Part shown: positions 9,386 through 18,771 of the stretch, one piece after another | Layout: each line of letters starts with the position of its first letter | How positions within the stretch are numbered: the first letter of the stretch is position 1 | Assembly (NCBI GenBank): GCA_964452145.1 | Contig: CAYVLA010000008.1 | Coordinates: forward strand, 12,360-76,359 | Direction of reading: 5' to 3' | Source: Candidatus Hadarchaeota archaeon | GTDB taxonomy: Archaea; CAYQAE01; CAYVLA01 | Length of the DNA: 64,000 bases | Made by a program: the position numbers and the translations under genes | The notes under the pieces: model-generated | Database searches by the model: none | What the model was told of the DNA's origin: nothing | The model's input: the letters and a program-made list of their open reading frames with translations, nothing else

Positions 9386-10189
9386 GTGGACCCGAAGGAA
9401 CTCCTGAGGCGATACAAAGAGGGCAGAATCTCCGAGGAGGATCTCATCCACAACCTGAAGCTGGATCATATCCAGGCCTTGGAGGACAAGCTCAGGTACG
9501 ACCTGTGCAGGGAAGCCCGATCGGGATTCCCGGAAGCGGTCCTAGGCCTCAGCAAGACTGCAGAGGATGTCTCGTCGATCCTCAGAGTCGTGATGACCCA
9601 AAAAGACGTCATATTCGTGACCAAGCTCGACCCCGACAAGATGCAGGCGATTAGACAGATTCTCTCGGCCAAGAAGGGCCTCATGAAGGAGATCGACTTG
9701 GAGTATCACGCCGATCCTCGCCTCCTGGTTGTCAGGAGGGGAAAAGTCCGGGTCGCGCCCCTTGGCTGTTGTGTCGGGATAGTGGCGGGGGGAACGTCCG
9801 ATGTCCCCGTGGCTGAGGAGGCCCGGGTGACATGTGAAGAATCCGGGCTTAAGACGGTCCCTGCCTACGATGTCGGAGTCGCCGGCCTTCACCGGCTCCT
9901 GGCCCCCCTGAGACGAATGCTTGAGGAGGATGTGGATGTCTTCATAGTGGTGGCGGGCATGGAAGGAGCTCTTCCATCGGTGGTGAAGGGCCTTGTGGAC
10001 GTCCCAGTCATAGGGGTACCGACCTCGATCGGCTATGGGTACAGGTCTGGCGAGTCAGCCCTGATCGCAATGTTGAATTCCTGCGTGCCCGGACTGGTGG
10101 TTGCGAACATCGACAACGGCTTCGGGGCGGCTGCCGCGGCCTATCTGATATGTTTGAGGATAAGCAGGCAGAGGGCGAAGGAACGATGA
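9386..10189 (+). CDS. larB: Nickel-pincer cofactor biosynthesis protein LarB
   Basis: R.GFPEAV...KT, GTSDVPVAEEA, DVGVAGLHRL, AGMEGALPSVV, NIDNGFGAA; likely start GTG 9386 after GAAGGGG. Confidence 0.92.
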   Translation: MDPKELLRRYKEGRISEEDLIHNLKLDHIQALEDKLRYDLCREARSGFPEAVLGLSKTAEDVSSILRVVMTQKDVIFVTKLDPDKMQAIRQILSAKKGLMKEIDLEYHADPRLLVVRRGKVRVAPLGCCVGIVAGGTSDVPVAEEARVTCEESGLKTVPAYDVGVAGLHRLLAPLRRMLEEDVDVFIVVAGMEGALPSVVKGLVDVPVIGVPTSIGYGYRSGESALIAMLNSCVPGLVVANIDNGFGAAAAAYLICLRISRQRAKER

Positions 10190-10995
10190 CGACGCTCAAC
10201 GGCGTGCTGGTGATAGTGGCCCACCCTGATGACATGGAGTTCATGGCGGGGGGAACGGTGTGCAGGATGGCTCAGGAGGGAGCCAAGATATCCGAACTCG
10301 TCATCACCAAGGGCGACAGAGGATCGTTTGAACTGGAGGGGGAGGATCTGGCTCGCAGGCGAAGGAGGGAGGCCATGAGCTCGGCCAAGGTCCTCGGACT
10401 GGAGTCGGTATTCTTCCTAGATTATCCTGATGGCATGCTTGCGGACATCAGGTTCAACGAGATCAGGGAAAGAGTCATGGCTCGAATCAGGCACGACAGA
10501 CCGAACGCCATAATGACTTGGGATCCCTTCGCGCCCTATGAGACTCACCCCGACCACAGGATTACGGGGATGGCGGCAACGGAGGCTGCAGGTTTTTCCC
10601 ATCTGCCGCTCTTCCACCCGGACCAGCTAGGCCGCGCGGCAAGGCCTCCGGCCGTGGCCAAGACCTATTACTTCGCCAAGCATCCCGTCAACGCCGACCA
10701 TGTAGTCGATATCTCGGACCAGATTGAGAGGAAGATCGAAGCCCTCTGCTGCCATCGAACCCAGATGGAGTTTCTGCTTGCGGGCATGGTCGACACGGCC
10801 AAGGCCAGGTCGGGCCATGCCCCCCACGGGATTGACCCCAAGGACTACAGGCCGGTCATCGAGGCCATCGTCAGGAAGCGTGATGCCCTGGTCGGCAAAC
10901 GGATAGGTGCCAGTTACGGGGAGCAGTTCCGTCTCTCAGAGCCCCAGGAGCTGAAGGGCTTCCTGGAACTGGAGCACGGTAACGGAAAACCTTAA
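10186..10995 (+). CDS. PIG-L/LmbE family deacetylase
   Basis: AHPDD and HPDH motifs; ATGA overlap with larB. Confidence 0.9.
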   Translation: MTTLNGVLVIVAHPDDMEFMAGGTVCRMAQEGAKISELVITKGDRGSFELEGEDLARRRRREAMSSAKVLGLESVFFLDYPDGMLADIRFNEIRERVMARIRHDRPNAIMTWDPFAPYETHPDHRITGMAATEAAGFSHLPLFHPDQLGRAARPPAVAKTYYFAKHPVNADHVVDISDQIERKIEALCCHRTQMEFLLAGMVDTAKARSGHAPHGIDPKDYRPVIEAIVRKRDALVGKRIGASYGEQFRLSEPQELKGFLELEHGNGKP

Positions 10996-11024
10996 TCAGA
11001 CTCGTTCAACCGATTGCCTCGGCG

Positions 11025-13370
11025 ATGCCTATCGAGATCTACCTCGAGGAGGAAGCTCCGGAATACTTGGCTAGATCCGCCAAGGACTTGGCCGAGTACC
11101 TCGGCAGATCGATATCTACCCAGGTCTACGCGAAGCCCCTGCCCGGGTCCGATGCCGAGCCTGGCATATGGGTCGGCAGGACGCCGGCCTCGGACAAGCT
11201 GAAGGATCGGATGGAGGAGCTGGGCCCCGACGGCTATCTGCTCTGGGGAGACGGCAACCAGCTGGTCATCTGCGGCAAGACGCACTATGGCACCGCCAAC
11301 GGGATCTACTCTTTCCTGCAGAGGTTCCTGGGGATTAGATGGTTCATGCCGGGGAGACTGTTCGAGTTCGTGCCCAGGCACGAGGGCTTCAAGCTGCCGG
11401 TTGTCGAGGAGATCTCAGAGCCCAGCTTCTCGTTCAGGATGTTCAGCGGCCTCCAAGGCGAGGAAGGCTCGGATTGGTCTCGGAGGAACCTTCTGAGCAG
11501 GGCGAGGCCCGAGCTCATCTACGGGGCCCTTGGACACAATCTTTTCCGCGTATTTCCACCCGAGGAGTTCGGCCGGCACCACCCCGAGATCTATTCGCTG
11601 ATCCATGGACAACGCATAACCGACCAGAGCTCCCACAGAGGCCAGCCGTGTTTCTCCAACCCATCGGTCGCCGAGATAGCCATCTCCAAGTTGCGGGAGC
11701 ACTTCGATGCCAACCCCGATTCCTCGGCCTTCTCCCTCTCGGTCAACGACAACATGGATTTCTGTCAGTGCGATGACTGCGCGAGTTTCGGTGTTCGCAG
11801 ATTCAGAGGCAGGCCCATATACTCCAACGCGTACTTCCACTTCGTGAATCGGGTTGCCAGAGAGATCCTAGAGACTCATCCTGACAAGTTCATTGGGGCA
11901 CTGGCGTACTGGGGAGTGGAGTTGCCTCCGCAACAGATAAAGGCCCTTCCGAGCAATGTGATCATCTTCCTCACCCAAGACACAAGCCAGCACCACGACT
12001 CGCAATACAGGGAGGAGGACCGCGGAATACTGCAGGAATGGACACGCAAGTGCAACCATCTCGTCAAGTATGACTACTACGGCCTGGGCTGGCTTGCTCC
12101 CCGCTACTTCCCCGGGCTCTCGTCGGAGGACTTGGTCTTCCTCAGGGATTCGGGAGGGATCGGATTTTACAGCGAAGCCTATCCATTCTGGCCCAACATT
12201 GCCCCCCAGATATACATGGCCGCCCAGCTGATGTGGAACGTTAGGCGGGACCCCAGGGAACTGCTCGATGAGTTCTTCGCCTTCCTCTCGCCGGTGACCG
12301 AGGAGGTGGCAGGGTTCTACGAGGTCCTCGAGAAGTCCTGGCTGAGGAGGAGGCCGGGAGGATGGTTCGAAGGGTTTGAGGACCTGCCCGAGGAGCTCAA
12401 GGTCATGACCCTTGAGGAGGCCAATGACGCGTGGGCACTGATCACAAAGGCCCATCAGGAGTCGACTGGCAATTGCCGGAAACGGGTGGAATTCCTCCGG
12501 GACGGCTTCGAACTCTCCTACAGACTGATCAGAGGCTACCGGATAGGAAGCCAGCTAAGGTTCCTCCCCGTGGCAGGGGACGGCGACGTTGAGGCAGGAC
12601 TGGCCCTGTTGAATGAACTCTGGGAATGCCACGCCCGCATCGAATGCGTCCACAGGGAAGCCATCGCCCCCAGCGACCACTACCACACGATCTACTTCAA
12701 GGACGACAGGTTCGCCAGAAAGCTTCTGGCCTGGGAGGGCATGGCAAAGGCCTCTTGCCTGGTGTGGCTCGAAACCGCCTACAGATACCTCATCGGCGAG
12801 CCTGCCCGCTGGAACAACCTGATCAAGAGGTTGCCCCGAACCCTGACTCGGCCGGCTGCGAGCATCGCCCGATCGGCCGAACTCAACGAGCTCTTGGTGG
12901 AGTGCGGGTTGGAGACCGCCATGCCCGCGGAGGCGGGAAGCGAAGGATATGGGATGATGAGGTGGCAGATCTCCGGAGGGGAAGAGAGAGAATGCACCGT
13001 GGACCCAAGTTTCTCGCATTCCGGGAACAGGTCCCTTCGATTCGAAAGCCGGGGATGGAGCCGCCTGTCCATCTACCTTCCGGTCAAACCCGGGTCGGAG
13101 TACCTCGTCGGTGCATGGTGCTATGCGGACCTGTTGAGCAGGAAGAAGTCGCCCAAGATGGATCTGACTTTCTGCTCGGGCCAGGGCCCACATCCGGGAC
13201 GGATTGCCTCCTCAGACGTGGTCCAAGCCTCGGGGGAATGGCAGAGGCTTATGGCTCTGGTCAGGGCGCCTGACGGCGGAGGGTTCATGGGGGTACACTT
13301 CGTGGTGAATAACGAGCCCGAGAGGATCTGGATCGACGATGTCTCCGTTCGCGAGGTGGGTGAGACCTGA
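11025..13370 (+). CDS. DUF4838-like putative glycoside hydrolase with C-terminal CBM-like domain
   Basis: GH20/GH67-like N-domain (DGY...GTANGIYSFL..LGIRWF), QPCFSNP, ND...FCQCDDC; C-terminal SHSG.RSL...IWIDDV. Confidence 0.7.
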   Translation: MPIEIYLEEEAPEYLARSAKDLAEYLGRSISTQVYAKPLPGSDAEPGIWVGRTPASDKLKDRMEELGPDGYLLWGDGNQLVICGKTHYGTANGIYSFLQRFLGIRWFMPGRLFEFVPRHEGFKLPVVEEISEPSFSFRMFSGLQGEEGSDWSRRNLLSRARPELIYGALGHNLFRVFPPEEFGRHHPEIYSLIHGQRITDQSSHRGQPCFSNPSVAEIAISKLREHFDANPDSSAFSLSVNDNMDFCQCDDCASFGVRRFRGRPIYSNAYFHFVNRVAREILETHPDKFIGALAYWGVELPPQQIKALPSNVIIFLTQDTSQHHDSQYREEDRGILQEWTRKCNHLVKYDYYGLGWLAPRYFPGLSSEDLVFLRDSGGIGFYSEAYPFWPNIAPQIYMAAQLMWNVRRDPRELLDEFFAFLSPVTEEVAGFYEVLEKSWLRRRPGGWFEGFEDLPEELKVMTLEEANDAWALITKAHQESTGNCRKRVEFLRDGFELSYRLIRGYRIGSQLRFLPVAGDGDVEAGLALLNELWECHARIECVHREAIAPSDHYHTIYFKDDRFARKLLAWEGMAKASCLVWLETAYRYLIGEPARWNNLIKRLPRTLTRPAASIARSAELNELLVECGLETAMPAEAGSEGYGMMRWQISGGEERECTVDPSFSHSGNRSLRFESRGWSRLSIYLPVKPGSEYLVGAWCYADLLSRKKSPKMDLTFCSGQGPHPGRIASSDVVQASGEWQRLMALVRAPDGGGFMGVHFVVNNEPERIWIDDVSVREVGET

Positions 13371-13371
13371 A

Positions 13372-14235
13372 ATGTTTCCCAAAGCCGTGAGGGAGATCGA
13401 TCTCCACGTCCACGCGGGACAGGAACGACAGATGCCTATGCAGCAGATGGTCCAGACCTTCATCGACCTCGGAGTCCACTTCCTGGGCCTTCTTGATCAC
13501 TCAGAACTCTACGAAATGGGCAATGAGGCCCTGAGGGCCCAACACGGACAGGTCGTCTATGACAGCTCGGCCGGGGGGCTGTTGGAGTTCTACCTCGAGG
13601 TCGAGCGGATGAAGCGCCTCTTCCCCGCTGCATCGATATACAAGGGGTTGGAGATCGGTGAGTGGGACCTCTTTCACGTGGATAGTGGATTCCTCGACCG
13701 GGCCGACTTTGTTGGTTGCCACATGAACACCAGCTGCCACGACCCGAACTATAGGCACTTTGAGCCCGTAACCTGTGGCGAGCACCTAACGCGGAGGGCC
13801 AAGGAGCTTCTCACCATCTGCAAGCCGGAGGACAAACCGGCAGTGCTCTTCCATCCCTTCCACCGAAGGCTCCAAGAACTCAGAGCCAAGATAGGGTCAG
13901 ACGATGCTCTTGGAGAGGCTTCCCTGCTCACGGACGAGGATGTGGACACGCTCGCGAACGGAGTTGACCGAGACAACCTCTGCATCGAGCTGAACTTTGG
14001 GGACCTGTACACGGCTGCGACCCACCCGGAGCTGCTTGAGTTGTTAGGCCGCGTGTGTCACCGGTTAAGGGACGCCGGGTTTCCTTTCAGCCTGGGGAGT
14101 GACTACCACATCACGCCAAAGGCGTTTCGCGACCCAACCGATCTGGTAGCCTCCCTCGGCATGAAGCTGGAGGACTTCGGCTTGGTGCAGATGCTGATTG
14201 CCCGACCTTCCACATCTACATCTACGCAATCTTAA
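13372..14235 (+). CDS. PHP-family metallohydrolase
   Basis: DLHVH, DH, GLE, FHP, GSDYH motifs. Confidence 0.75.
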   Translation: MFPKAVREIDLHVHAGQERQMPMQQMVQTFIDLGVHFLGLLDHSELYEMGNEALRAQHGQVVYDSSAGGLLEFYLEVERMKRLFPAASIYKGLEIGEWDLFHVDSGFLDRADFVGCHMNTSCHDPNYRHFEPVTCGEHLTRRAKELLTICKPEDKPAVLFHPFHRRLQELRAKIGSDDALGEASLLTDEDVDTLANGVDRDNLCIELNFGDLYTAATHPELLELLGRVCHRLRDAGFPFSLGSDYHITPKAFRDPTDLVASLGMKLEDFGLVQMLIARPSTSTSTQS

Positions 14236-14261
14236 TTAGACCCCTGGGACGGGAGGTCGAG

Positions 14262-14840
14262 GTGCTCAGCAGATACCGGCAGCGGATAAACGCCCAGTTC
14301 GAGCGGTTAGCGATCAGGGCATCGTTCGTTCCGCCCAACATCATCACCGTCACTAGCCTTGTTTTGTCGTTGCTGACGGGGTATGTCTTCTACCTGAAGG
14401 CTCTCCAGATCGCCGGACTGATGCTGTTGGTTTCCGGAGGCCTAGATGCAATGGACGGTGCCGTGGCTAGGGTCTCGGGGCGCACGTCCCGCTTCGGCGG
14501 TTTTCTGGATTCCACCTTTGACCGCATATCGGACTTCGCAGTGCTGGGGGGGATCGCGTTTTCCGAGATCGTTGATTGGAGGATCGTACTCATCGCGGCC
14601 TTCGGATCCTTCATGGTGCCGTACTGTCGAGCCAGGGGCGAGGCAGCGGGATCCAAGAACATGGCGGTCGGGATTGCCGAACGTGCGGAGAGATCCCTCA
14701 TCCTCGTGGTCGCGAGCATCATCCATCCGCTCATCGGTCAGGCAAACATCCTAGAGTGGGCCGTGGCAATCACGGGAGTCCTCGCGTGGGTCACGGTGAC
14801 GCAGAGGATCAACGCAGCGAGAAAGACTCTTGCGGGCTAG
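14262..14840 (+). CDS. CDP-alcohol phosphatidyltransferase (archaetidylinositol-phosphate synthase-like)
   Basis: DAMDGAVAR...GGFLDSTFDRISD signature. Confidence 0.9.
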   Translation: MLSRYRQRINAQFERLAIRASFVPPNIITVTSLVLSLLTGYVFYLKALQIAGLMLLVSGGLDAMDGAVARVSGRTSRFGGFLDSTFDRISDFAVLGGIAFSEIVDWRIVLIAAFGSFMVPYCRARGEAAGSKNMAVGIAERAERSLILVVASIIHPLIGQANILEWAVAITGVLAWVTVTQRINAARKTLAG

Positions 14841-14859
14841 AGCTGGCGGGATTGGACGA

Positions 14860-15006
14860 ACCGGCAGCGACCCTTGCTTCCCGAGGGGTCGCCCACCTCA
14901 GTACAACAAGGAACGCATGCCTGCTTAACTTCCGGGTTCGGATTTCTCCTTCCTCGTTGACGAGAAGTATGAGACCGGGTGTTTCCAGGCCGCTATGACC
15001 GCCGGC
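14860..15006 (-). rRNA. rrf: 5S rRNA, stand-alone, interrupted by a 26-nt BHB insertion
   Basis: Reverse complement reads GCCGGCGGTCATAGCGGCCTGGAAACACCCGGTCTCAT[26 nt]TCCGAACCCGGAAGTTAAGCAGGC...TGTACTGAGG...CCTCGGGAA...GCTGCCGG; helices I-V pair; about 121 nt without the insert. Confidence 0.95.
14943..14968 (-). other. Predicted bulge-helix-bulge intron in 5S rRNA loop C
   Basis: CGG/CCG exon helix, TCTC/GAGA 4-bp central helix, 3-nt bulges ATA and AAT, intron hairpin CTTCTCG-TCAA-CGAGGAAG. Confidence 0.85.
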
Positions 15007-15047
15007 TCGTTGTCCCCTCGCCAGCCTCGTACTATCGAGTCGCCCGC

Positions 15048-15055
15048 ATTAAAAA
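15048..15055 (-). promoter_or_regulatory. TATA box of the 5S rRNA gene
   Basis: TTTTTAAT about 23 nt upstream of the first paired base (15025) of the precursor stem. Confidence 0.65.
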
Positions 15056-15184
15056 TGTAACCGCCAGCTGCGATGTGACCATGGACCCGCCGCATCGAGC
15101 CACCGGCCCTAGCCCGGGGGATGGGGGATCCTCGTCTCTGAACCGAGGCAAGAGGTTTAAGCGACCGGCGCCTTCCTGGGGCAC

Positions 15185-16066
15185 ATGGGCGAAGCGGGGA
15201 TTTCCCTGGATCCGACTGTCGAAGGCAGGCTCAGGAAGGCTCAGCGAAACGAGATAACCGAATACCAAGTGTATTCGAGACTGGCGGAATCCACGCGCGA
15301 TCCGCGCAACAAGGAAGTCCTGGAGCAGGTAGGTGCGGACGAACTCAAGCACTATGAGTTACTTGGAAGATATACAGGAAGAGAGATCCGCCCCAGCAGG
15401 GCCCGCGTGCTCGGATACGTGATGTTGTCGAGGATCTTCGGACTGACGTTCGGACTGAAGCTGATGGAGAAGGGAGAGGCACGGGCCCAAGAGTTCTACG
15501 GAGCGCTGGCTCGCTCGATTCCCGAAATCAGCGCCATAGGCTCGGACGAGGACGAGCATGAGACTCAGCTTCTGGGTCTCCTTGACGAAGAAAGGCTCAG
15601 ATACGTCAGCTCCATCGTCCTCGGGCTGAACGACGCCCTCGTTGAGCTCACCGGCGCCCTGGCCGGTTTCTCCTTGGCCCTTAGAGACACGCGCCTGGTC
15701 GCGGCGACCGGGTTGATCACCGGCATAGCCGCATCCCTGTCCATGGCCACATCCGAGTACCTTTCGACCAAGTCGGAGGCTGACGGAAAGAGCCCCGGGC
15801 GCGCCTCGATATACACCGGCACCGCGTACGTCCTCACCGTCATCTTCCTTATCTTCCCTTTCCTAGTCCTGACCAGAGTCTACGCGGCCCTCACCGTTTC
15901 CATACTGAACGCCATACTGGTCATCTTCATCTTCACCTTCTACGTCTCCGTTGCGAGGGATTTGTCTTTCAGGGGGCGATTCCTCGAGATGGCTGGAATA
16001 AGTCTCGGCGTCGCGGCTTTGACCTTTGGGATCGGATACCTGGTCAGTGCCTTGCTTGGGGTCTGA
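15185..16066 (+). CDS. VIT1/CCC1 family transporter with rubrerythrin-like N-domain
   Basis: DELKH/DEDEH ferritin-like motifs, then VLGLNDALVELTG and SMATSEYLS. Confidence 0.88.
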   Translation: MGEAGISLDPTVEGRLRKAQRNEITEYQVYSRLAESTRDPRNKEVLEQVGADELKHYELLGRYTGREIRPSRARVLGYVMLSRIFGLTFGLKLMEKGEARAQEFYGALARSIPEISAIGSDEDEHETQLLGLLDEERLRYVSSIVLGLNDALVELTGALAGFSLALRDTRLVAATGLITGIAASLSMATSEYLSTKSEADGKSPGRASIYTGTAYVLTVIFLIFPFLVLTRVYAALTVSILNAILVIFIFTFYVSVARDLSFRGRFLEMAGISLGVAALTFGIGYLVSALLGV

Positions 16067-16160
16067 GGGCGCCTGATCGTGTTCTGCAACTAGTCTGTAC
16101 ACTGCACCTACGCGGAAAGAGATTTCACTTCGGAGTGGGCAGAGGCCGTCGAGGATCGAT

Positions 16161-16637
16161 ATGCGGAGAAATACTGTGATCGCCCTGGTCATCGTCCTCT
16201 CCCTCTCCAGCCTCGGGTGCCTGATACAGGGGCAGTTGAGGCTCAGCTCCATCGCTCTGGCATCTGAGTTCTACGGCCCGGGGAACTTCACGATCGTTGA
16301 GGGCGATGTACTAGGCGATGACCAAACAGCCATCTTCTACGTCGAGGTCAGGGGATTCCAGACAAGGAGGATCGGCCGCGGATACGAGTTCTGGGTCAGC
16401 ATGGGCGTAACGATTGCAGACGACGAGGGAAACCTCTATGTTGAGAGGATGAATGAGAAGGAGATACACGTCACCAACGCTACCGAGAGGCCGGGCATGG
16501 TCTACTACAAGTACGCATGGTACACCGGCAATCTCTTCATCGGCGGCAGGTACTGGGTAACCATCACGGCGACCGACAGGCTGGCCGACAGGGTCGCCGA
16601 GTCCCGCAAGGAGTTCTGGGTGGACCTAGACAAGTGA
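16161..16637 (+). CDS. Secreted/lipoprotein, hypothetical
   Basis: Signal peptide ending SLGC; beta-rich mature part. Confidence 0.6.
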   Translation: MRRNTVIALVIVLSLSSLGCLIQGQLRLSSIALASEFYGPGNFTIVEGDVLGDDQTAIFYVEVRGFQTRRIGRGYEFWVSMGVTIADDEGNLYVERMNEKEIHVTNATERPGMVYYKYAWYTGNLFIGGRYWVTITATDRLADRVAESRKEFWVDLDK

Positions 16638-16724
16638 CAAAGGGCCGATTCTGCATCAAATCGCCCGCTAGAAAAGATTGTTAAGCCTTATTCTGGGGGA
16701 ACGGTCCCAAAAAGAGTTGATCCC

Positions 16725-17294
16725 TTGTCCAACGTGGTCGAGATTCGATGGCATGGGAGAGGCGGACAGGGTGTGAAGACCGCCGCCGAGATCCTGGCCG
16801 AGGCTGCAATAAGGGATGGCAAGTACGTTCAATCGTTTCCTGAGTATGGCCCGGAGAGGATGGGCGCGCCTGTCGTCGCCTACAACAGGCTATCGATCGA
16901 GCGCATTGATCTGCACAGCAACGTCTACAATCCAGGCCACGTGGTCGTTCTGGATTCGACGCTGATGGATTCGACCGACGTGACCGAGGGCTTGGGCCCC
17001 AAGGGCACTCTTCTCGTAAACACCTCATTGTCTGTTGAGGAGATCCGGAGCAAGACCAAGTTTCCGGGAAGGATCTACACCGTCGATGCGTCCAGAATAG
17101 CCAGGGAGGAGATCGGCAGGCCGATTGCCAATACGACCTGTCTCGGCGCCTTCGTCAAGGTATCAGGCCTCACGCAACTGGACAGAATCAAGGAGTCGAC
17201 CCGGGGACATCTGGGCAGCAAGCTGGGAGAGAAGGTGATACAGGCCAATATGAGGGCCCTGGAGAGGGCGTACGAGGAGGTAAAGCTTGCATGA
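16725..17294 (+). CDS. porC: Pyruvate/2-oxoacid:ferredoxin oxidoreductase gamma subunit
   Basis: EIRWHGRGGQG, FPEYGPERMGAPV. Confidence 0.92.
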   Translation: MSNVVEIRWHGRGGQGVKTAAEILAEAAIRDGKYVQSFPEYGPERMGAPVVAYNRLSIERIDLHSNVYNPGHVVVLDSTLMDSTDVTEGLGPKGTLLVNTSLSVEEIRSKTKFPGRIYTVDASRIAREEIGRPIANTTCLGAFVKVSGLTQLDRIKESTRGHLGSKLGEKVIQANMRALERAYEEVKLA

Positions 17295-17572
17295 GCGAAA
17301 AACCGGGTTGGAAGAAGATACCTGTGGCCGGCCTCATCTTGGAAGCCGGGAACGCGGCCGAGTACAAGACCGGGGAGTGGAGGACGGAGAGACCGGTTAT
17401 CAACAGGGATCTCTGCACGGATTGTCTTACCTGCTGGATTCACTGCCCCGACTCCTCGATCATCGTCGAGAACGGCGAGTTCAAGGACTTCGATCTGGAT
17501 CACTGCAAGGGCTGCGGAATCTGCATGTCAGTCTGCCCCAAGAAAGCAATTCGCATGGAGCCTGAGAGGTGA
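17291..17572 (+). CDS. porD: Pyruvate:ferredoxin oxidoreductase delta subunit
   Basis: KTGEWR, two 4Fe-4S motifs, CKGCGIC. Confidence 0.92.
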   Translation: MSEKPGWKKIPVAGLILEAGNAAEYKTGEWRTERPVINRDLCTDCLTCWIHCPDSSIIVENGEFKDFDLDHCKGCGICMSVCPKKAIRMEPER

Positions 17573-17577
17573 GCTGC

Positions 17578-18759
17578 ATGGCCAAGATTCTACCCCTCAA
17601 CGGCGACGACGCAGCTGCCTACGCCATGAAGCAGATAGACCCCGATGTTGTCGCGGCGTACCCCATCACGCCCCAGACCGAACTCATGCAGAACTTCTCG
17701 CAGTTCGTGGCAGATGGCGAGGTCCAGACAGAACTCATAGTGGCCGAGTCCGAACACAGCGCCATGAGCGCCTGCGTCGGCGCCTCGGCGGCCGGTGGGA
17801 GGGTCATGACTGCGACCTCGTCCCAGGGACTTGCCCTCATGTGGGAGATCCTGTACATCGCCTCCTCCTACAGGCTGCCCGTGATCATGAATGTGATTAA
17901 CAGAACCCTATCAGGACCCATCAACATACACTGTGACCACTCGGATACCATGGGTGCAAGGGATTCCGGGTGGCTCCAGCTCTATGGGGAGAACCCGCAA
18001 GAGGCCTATGACAACACGATCCAGGCCGTGCGGATAGCCGAGCACATGGACCTCAGGCTGCCCGTGATGTGCTGCATGGATGGCTTCATCACCTCCCATG
18101 CCGTGGAACGCGTCGAGCTACTGGAAGACCGGTCAGTGAAGGACTTCGTGGGCGAGTTTGTGCCCACCCACCCCCTCTTGGACATAGACAACCCTGTGAC
18201 CTATGGCCCCCTGGACCTGTACGACTACTTCTTCGAGCACAAGAGGCAGCAGGTCGAAGCCATGTCCAAGGCCGAGAGGATCGTGAGGGAGATCGCCCTC
18301 GAGTACGAGAAGGCAAGCGGCCGATCCTATGGAATACTGGAACCATACAAGATGGAGGATGCAGAGACCGCGGTGGTTGTTCTGAGCAGCACCGCGGGCA
18401 CCACCAGGGCCACGGTCAAGGACCTGAGGAAATCAGGGAAGAGGGTCGGGATGGTCAAGGTGCGCTGCTTCCGGCCTTTCCCGAGGGAGGGGATTGTCGC
18501 TCTCCTGAAGGGTGTCAAGGCCGTTGCGGTGATGGACAGGTCCGACGGACTCGGGTCCTACGGAGCACCGGTATTCAACGAGGTCAGGAATGCCTTGTAC
18601 GACTCCTCCGAGAAGCCGGAGATCGTCAACTACGTCTACGGCCTCGGCGGCCGCGACATCGGCCAGCAGGACATCGCCACCGTCTACTCTGACCTTGAGA
18701 AGATAGCCTCCACAGGAAGGGTCAAGCAGAGGGTGAGCTACCTGGGAGTGAGGGAATAG
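17578..18759 (+). CDS. porA: Pyruvate:ferredoxin oxidoreductase alpha subunit
   Basis: AYPITPQT, ESEHSA, TATSSQGL, GLGGRD. Confidence 0.93.
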   Translation: MAKILPLNGDDAAAYAMKQIDPDVVAAYPITPQTELMQNFSQFVADGEVQTELIVAESEHSAMSACVGASAAGGRVMTATSSQGLALMWEILYIASSYRLPVIMNVINRTLSGPINIHCDHSDTMGARDSGWLQLYGENPQEAYDNTIQAVRIAEHMDLRLPVMCCMDGFITSHAVERVELLEDRSVKDFVGEFVPTHPLLDIDNPVTYGPLDLYDYFFEHKRQQVEAMSKAERIVREIALEYEKASGRSYGILEPYKMEDAETAVVVLSSTAGTTRATVKDLRKSGKRVGMVKVRCFRPFPREGIVALLKGVKAVAVMDRSDGLGSYGAPVFNEVRNALYDSSEKPEIVNYVYGLGGRDIGQQDIATVYSDLEKIASTGRVKQRVSYLGVRE

Positions 18760-18771
18760 GAGGTCGATGAA

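Larger units (their letters stand above)
14842..15025 (-). other. Pre-5S terminal processing stem containing a second BHB
   Basis: 5' flank GCTGGCG-A-GG-GGAC-AAC-GAGCCGGC pairs with 3' flank GCCGGTTC-GTCC-AAT-CC-CGCCAGC. Confidence 0.8.

Noticed and set aside
14979..15257. 92-aa ORF, plus the 14576-14998 ORF, overlapping the 5S locus
   Set aside because: The region is explained by the 5S rRNA gene and its promoter; the translations have no recognisable features.
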